Source of the DNA: Candidatus Subterrananammoxibius californiae
GTDB lineage: Bacteria; Planctomycetota; Brocadiia; Brocadiales; Subterrananammoxibiaceae
Length of the DNA: 23,924 nt
Assembly (NCBI GenBank): GCA_030586555.1
Contig: JAURAC010000041.1
Location: forward strand, 1-23,924
Direction of reading: 5' to 3'
Shown here piece after piece: positions 19,648 to 23,924 of the stretch. The first letter of the stretch is position 1. Every line of letters starts with the position of its first letter. The notes beneath the pieces are model-generated. The model did no database searches and was not told where the DNA came from. It was given only the letters and a program-made list of their open reading frames with translations. Both the position numbers and the translations under genes were made by a program.

Positions 19648-22338
19648 TCAGCCTTTTGGTAACTGAATTGTAAAGGTTGTCCCCCCCCTTGGAACGCTCT
19701 GGCAGTAAATTTCTCCACCGTGTTCACGAATTATCTGCTGGGAAACGGTGAGACCCAATCCCGTTCCCATGTTCTTTGTTGTATAGAATGGGTCAAAAAT
19801 CTTCTCAAAATCTTCTTTGCTTATCCCCATTCCCGTATCTGAAATACGAACCTCTACGTGGCCATTATGCCCTCGTCTTGTGGATACAGACAACTTGCCT
19901 CCATTCGGCATGGCCTCGAAAGCATTCTTAAAAATATTCAAGAATGCTTGTTTCATCTGGTTTTCGTCTATGTCAACAATGGGTAAATCCTTTTCATAAT
20001 ACTCGGTAAGGATTATGTTCTCCCTTGATATTTCTTCTCTTAAAAACCCAACAAGTTCTAATAGTATATCATTTATAGACCTCGCCTTACGGGACAGATT
20101 GGGAAGTCTGGCAAATTTTAGATATGCCTCACTTACCTCAGTCAGCCTATCAACTTCTTTGGTTATAGTTTCAAGGATTTTTGTAGCCTCTTTTTTAGTC
20201 ACGTCATCATAGCTTTTAAGTTCGTCAAAAAGAAGCTCGATATTCAGGCTAATAGAACTAAGCGGGTTTTTAATTTCATGTGCAACGCTTGCAGCTAATT
20301 GACCCATAGAAGCCAACTTTTCTGACCGAATCAATTGCTCCTGTTTTAACTTAAGTTCCTTATAGGACTGTTCCAAACAAATATTTGCCTGTATAACCGA
20401 TTTGTGCAGTCTCTTAAACTCCTCTTCAGCCTGTTTTTCTTCCGTAATATCCTCAACCAAATTCATCACGTGCGTTATCCGCCCTTTACGGTCCTTTAAC
20501 GGTGAACTTATAATATTGTACCATTTTTGTTTGCCATCGGGGGTTGTATACGTATGTAAAGCCTTGTTAATGGTGCCAGTCTCGAATGTTTCCTTAGCAG
20601 GGCATCCTTGACAAACCTCCTTCTTTTTCCAATATGCACTATAACACTTTCTTCCGAGGATATCATTAGGGTCCCCAAACCATCTGAATTGCATCTCATT
20701 CATCCATACAACCTTCATATCCCTATCCACCAATGAAATCCCAGCGCCTATCTGGGTTACGATATTATCCAACCGCTGCTTTTCATTGATAATATCTTGT
20801 TCAAGGTGTTTTTTCTCAGTAATATCATGAAATACTGCGAAGACGCCGTAATCTGTCCGCTTGAGTTCTAATTCGCATAAAGCCTCTTCTCTATCCTTTG
20901 TAGTCAATGAAACATCAATGACTGGATATTTTTCACCCGTCTTTAAAGTCCACGTTTTATTTATTACCTCAGTTACCAGTTGTCTTGCCTCAGTTAACGG
21001 ATATTCCTCCGAATCCGTTGCCCCATCATGACCAATCAACTTAGAAATGTTGGTTCCTATAATGTCATTTCTTTCCCGCCCCAACAGGTCGCAAGCGCTC
21101 TTGTTTACATCTGCGATATTCTCACCAGCGCTGAGGACGAACATGGCATCTACACCATCGTCAAAGAGCGCACGGAGTTCGCCCCTTGATTTTTTCAAAT
21201 TTTGTACCATAGTGTTAAAGGAGTTGGATAGAAGTCCAATCTCATCCTTGTGTGCGGTTGTTATGTGAGCATTCAGATCACCTTGTGCCACCTTTTCCGT
21301 CGCCGCAACGAGTTTATGAATGGGGTTGGTTAGACCACGTGTAACAAAGAATACAATAATGACAATTATCAGTGCAACCCCTGTCGTCAAACTTATGCTA
21401 ATGTTCCTTAAACCATTAATAGGCTCAAATATCTCTGATACATCCTTTTTCGCTATAACAAGCCACCCCATATCATGCAGCAATATTGAGGTACCGTGTA
21501 CTTCAACCCCTCTATAATCCGGGTAAATTCCAGACATGCCTTCACCAATGGAAAATGCCCTTCTTACCGGGTCTGTATCGAGAACCTGTTTAAGAACAAC
21601 ATTTTCGATAAATCTCGATTCTGTAATCATCAAACCATCTTCATTGACAATAAATACTTCCCCTGTACGACCCATGTCGCGAATCCTATGGACATTTTCA
21701 CCTTTTGCACCGTTCCAAATTGTGGTGGCCCTGGAAAGGGCGCTTCCTCTTACGGTAATTACTATCATTCCTGTAGGAACGGCTTCTTTTAGATTTGTTA
21801 TCACCCTGGACATATATATTATGGGCTCATTTATATTGGCATGTTCATCATAGTGCAAATCACTAACATAAATCCCATGTCTCCATCCCTCAACGAAGTA
21901 ATCCTCATCCGAAGCATCCATGTCCAGTCGTGCTTCATTAGAAGAGGCAACGACTCTCCCATGCAAATCAATGACAAAAGCCTCAATAATATCGGAATCT
22001 AATGGGACCTTGTTTATAGATAAATGCTTGTTGATGTGTTCGACGATTTCTTCCTTATCAGATGCTCCGGAATTTATTTCCGCAAGACCCTCCCTGATTA
22101 AGCCGTCTGCGCTAAAAGCAGCTACCATTGACTTCTTTGACCTCATGAAACTATCAATTTCTTTGCTCACCATCTCGACCGTATCATCAAGGAGTAGGGA
22201 AAGCTGTTTCTCTATTAATTTCTTACTGTTCCAATAGCTGATAAAGGTAAGCACGGCAGCAGGTGTTATGGCTATAATCAGGAAACATATCAGTATTTTT
22301 CTTCCAATACCACCAAATATCTTCTTATTATTTGCCAT
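19648..22338 (-). CDS. membrane sensor histidine kinase (TM-Cache-TM-HAMP-PAS-PAS-HisKA-HATPase)
   Basis: Two TM segments, DEIGLLSNSFNTM (HAMP), PAS/PAC segments, H-box AHEIKNPL, NAFEAM, DTGMGI, FDPFYTTK, GTGLGL. Confidence 0.95.
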   Translation of the reverse strand: MANNKKIFGGIGRKILICFLIIAITPAAVLTFISYWNSKKLIEKQLSLLLDDTVEMVSKEIDSFMRSKKSMVAAFSADGLIREGLAEINSGASDKEEIVEHINKHLSINKVPLDSDIIEAFVIDLHGRVVASSNEARLDMDASDEDYFVEGWRHGIYVSDLHYDEHANINEPIIYMSRVITNLKEAVPTGMIVITVRGSALSRATTIWNGAKGENVHRIRDMGRTGEVFIVNEDGLMITESRFIENVVLKQVLDTDPVRRAFSIGEGMSGIYPDYRGVEVHGTSILLHDMGWLVIAKKDVSEIFEPINGLRNISISLTTGVALIIVIIVFFVTRGLTNPIHKLVAATEKVAQGDLNAHITTAHKDEIGLLSNSFNTMVQNLKKSRGELRALFDDGVDAMFVLSAGENIADVNKSACDLLGRERNDIIGTNISKLIGHDGATDSEEYPLTEARQLVTEVINKTWTLKTGEKYPVIDVSLTTKDREEALCELELKRTDYGVFAVFHDITEKKHLEQDIINEKQRLDNIVTQIGAGISLVDRDMKVVWMNEMQFRWFGDPNDILGRKCYSAYWKKKEVCQGCPAKETFETGTINKALHTYTTPDGKQKWYNIISSPLKDRKGRITHVMNLVEDITEEKQAEEEFKRLHKSVIQANICLEQSYKELKLKQEQLIRSEKLASMGQLAASVAHEIKNPLSSISLNIELLFDELKSYDDVTKKEATKILETITKEVDRLTEVSEAYLKFARLPNLSRKARSINDILLELVGFLREEISRENIILTEYYEKDLPIVDIDENQMKQAFLNIFKNAFEAMPNGGKLSVSTRRGHNGHVEVRISDTGMGISKEDFEKIFDPFYTTKNMGTGLGLTVSQQIIREHGGEIYCQSVPRGGTTFTIQLPKG

Positions 22339-22480
22339 TTACCCTCACCTGCCGAATGTGGATTTCGCCATGCCATGTCGGCATGACGTGGGAAAGTTAC
22401 AAGGAAAACTTCCTTAATCCTCATTTTCGAACCATTCATCCAGCAATTGTAAGATAAGCCTTTATTGCACCAACAACGGA

Positions 22481-22508
22481 ATAATATATGCCTTTGACAA
22501 CTTGGCAA
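22481..22508 (-). promoter_or_regulatory. possible sigma70 promoter of the two-component operon
   Basis: Minus strand TTGCCA-N16-TATTAT about 140 nt upstream of the kinase start. Confidence 0.3.
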
Positions 22509-22702
22509 TTACGCTTAATGTCCAGAAAATCCATTTTCCTTATGATATGCTACAATAGCCTTTGCTCGTGACTTGCCGTTCTCAGGCAAGACAATAATAC
22601 CATATAATCAGCCTTATTAAGAACGAGCTAAATTCTATCGGTTGCGAAAACCGTTTGTTGGAAATGTTTTAGGAGTGGATAACCACAATAAAGGTATTTT
22701 TC

Positions 22703-23311
22703 TTACCTTCTCTCTTTCAACTTAAAATCCACCGTAACGGTGTCACCATCCTTTACTTCAATCCCTTGACTGGCAGATTTCAGCCTCTCATGCCAGGTTG
22801 TCAATGTGTACTTTCCCGGTGGCGCATCTTTGATTGTAAAGGCGCCAGCCTTGTCCGTGATAGCGAAGTATGGATTTTGTAGAGTAACAACAAAGCTTGA
22901 CATTTCTGCATGCACATTACAAAGCAATGGTGCTTCTCCAATAGAGTCGAAGACTACAGTTTTTATCACACCCACATCGTAAGTGCCTAAGTTAAAAACC
23001 TTCGCAGAGCCTGCTGGGGAAAATACGTTATGACGTACTGTGTCACTATTTGGGAAGTCTACACTGGTGCCCACTACTATTGGCAAGACATGAGGAATAA
23101 ATACTAAGTTTTGTTGGTCCATAACCGCATGCGTTTCCTGGGGAGCGAAGTTGCCATCTAATTTCTCGATATACACAATCGTATCCCTCGGGTTTTTAAT
23201 GCCCTTGCAATTGACCGTTCCAGTAATTGTACCACCTGCCATTGCTAAATTTGCACCCAGAATCAACGAAAGTACTCCCGTCAAGCTAAAAATACCGTTT
23301 CTCATCGTCAT
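22703..23311 (-). CDS. secreted cupredoxin-like (type-1 copper) protein, copy 2 (paralog of 16760-17380)
   Basis: Same signal peptide (GIFSLTGVLSLIL.ANLAMAGG), HNVFS and CNVHAEM. Confidence 0.85.
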   Translation of the reverse strand: MTMRNGIFSLTGVLSLILGANLAMAGGTITGTVNCKGIKNPRDTIVYIEKLDGNFAPQETHAVMDQQNLVFIPHVLPIVVGTSVDFPNSDTVRHNVFSPAGSAKVFNLGTYDVGVIKTVVFDSIGEAPLLCNVHAEMSSFVVTLQNPYFAITDKAGAFTIKDAPPGKYTLTTWHERLKSASQGIEVKDGDTVTVDFKLKERR

Positions 23312-23393
23312 ACACTCCTCCTAACTAAAATAAATAGACAAATTGTCACAAAATAGATTAACTCATTTTATTATTTAAAACCGCTTCAGTTGT

Positions 23394-23687
23394 TCAAAGA
23401 GACACTTTTCGGGAAACAGGCAAGGGGTCGAAGCAAAAGGGAGGGTCTCGTGGACGAATGCTGGTTAGATTATTCGAAGAAATTATCACGCAGGGTACAG
23501 TTAGTCCCTTAAATGTTGGTATCAGGTGCAGTGGTGGTTTGTATATTAATAGGAATAGAAAACTTAGTGTCCGTCCTAAACGTAAGGCACCCCGTCCATT
23601 ATACAGCCTCTTTTGGCACCTAATCCACACACTCGCATAAGTCTTCTCGACATGCGTGTAAGGCACTCCTTTTCCCCTCCGTCCCAC
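23394..23687 (-). CDS. putative regulatory leader peptide with C-terminal RPRDPP, copy 2 (start uncertain)
   Basis: Homologous to 17458-17739; directly upstream of cupredoxin copy 2. Confidence 0.5.
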   Translation of the reverse strand: MGRRGKGVPYTHVEKTYASVWIRCQKRLYNGRGALRLGRTLSFLFLLIYKPPLHLIPTFKGLTVPCVIISSNNLTSIRPRDPPFCFDPLPVSRKVSL

Positions 23688-23924
23688 TAATGAAAAACGA
23701 ACTCTGCCCCCCCCACGCTATTGGCAAGCCATTACTTGCCTTTTTAATAATGCCAATATCGCATAATTTAGCAAAATACACTTTTGCTGTCAAATAAAAA
23801 ATTTCTGATGTGTTATAAAGTACTTAGATTTGTAGTACAAATAATAAACAATTCCCGTACCAATTCGGTAAGGGACTTGTTATTATTTCCTCGTTGGCAA
23901 TGGTGTCCAATCCCTGAGCAACTG

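Noticed and set aside
22290..22508. 72-aa minus-strand ORF upstream of the kinase
   Set aside because: Overlaps the kinase start out of frame, begins inside a putative -35 box, and has no RBS or paralog support.
22572..22590. CTTGCC-N7-GGCAAG hairpin downstream of cupredoxin copy 2 as a terminator
   Set aside because: Only a 6-bp stem and no U-tract on the coding strand.
23458..23640. 60-aa plus-strand ORF within leader copy 2
   Set aside because: The equivalent plus-strand frame in copy 1 hits a stop in the duplicated TTAA segment; only the minus-strand frame stays open in both copies.
23716..23740. GG-N10-GC box (TGGCTTGCCAATAGCG, minus strand) and GGCAAG-N6-CTTGCC palindrome upstream of leader copy 2
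   Set aside because: Poor match to the sigma54 consensus outside GG/GC and lacks the accompanying TGTAA-N17-ACTTA element; too weak to call.

Overview
All supported genes lie on the minus strand. The window holds a Tat-exported nitrite oxidoreductase (NXR) locus of the anammox/Nitrospira/Nitrospina clade; its gene order nxrC-nxrB-chaperone-hypothetical-nxrA resembles that of anammox Planctomycetota (Brocadiia), an inferred assignment. Downstream are a 629-aa unknown protein, a c'-type monohaem cytochrome, a NapG/MauM-like ferredoxin, an Mrp/ApbC Fe-S carrier, a tatA missed by the ORF track, a MobB-MOSC fusion, moaA, a sigma54 activator, and a sigma54 promoter for a secreted protein cut by the window edge. 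Upstream, a Cache/HAMP/PAS histidine kinase and NtrC-type regulator are flanked by two copies of a module made of a ~95-codon leader ORF and a secreted type-1 copper protein. The most novel signal is that leader ORF. Its two copies differ by only two in-frame indels in the aligned core and share SIRPRDPPF near the C-terminus, resembling RxPP ribosome-arrest peptides such as ApdA/ApdP, CruR and CutF. This suggests translational, possibly copper-linked, control at the head of the nxr operon. GTAG-type REP/REPIN elements and recurring promoter motifs are also visible.
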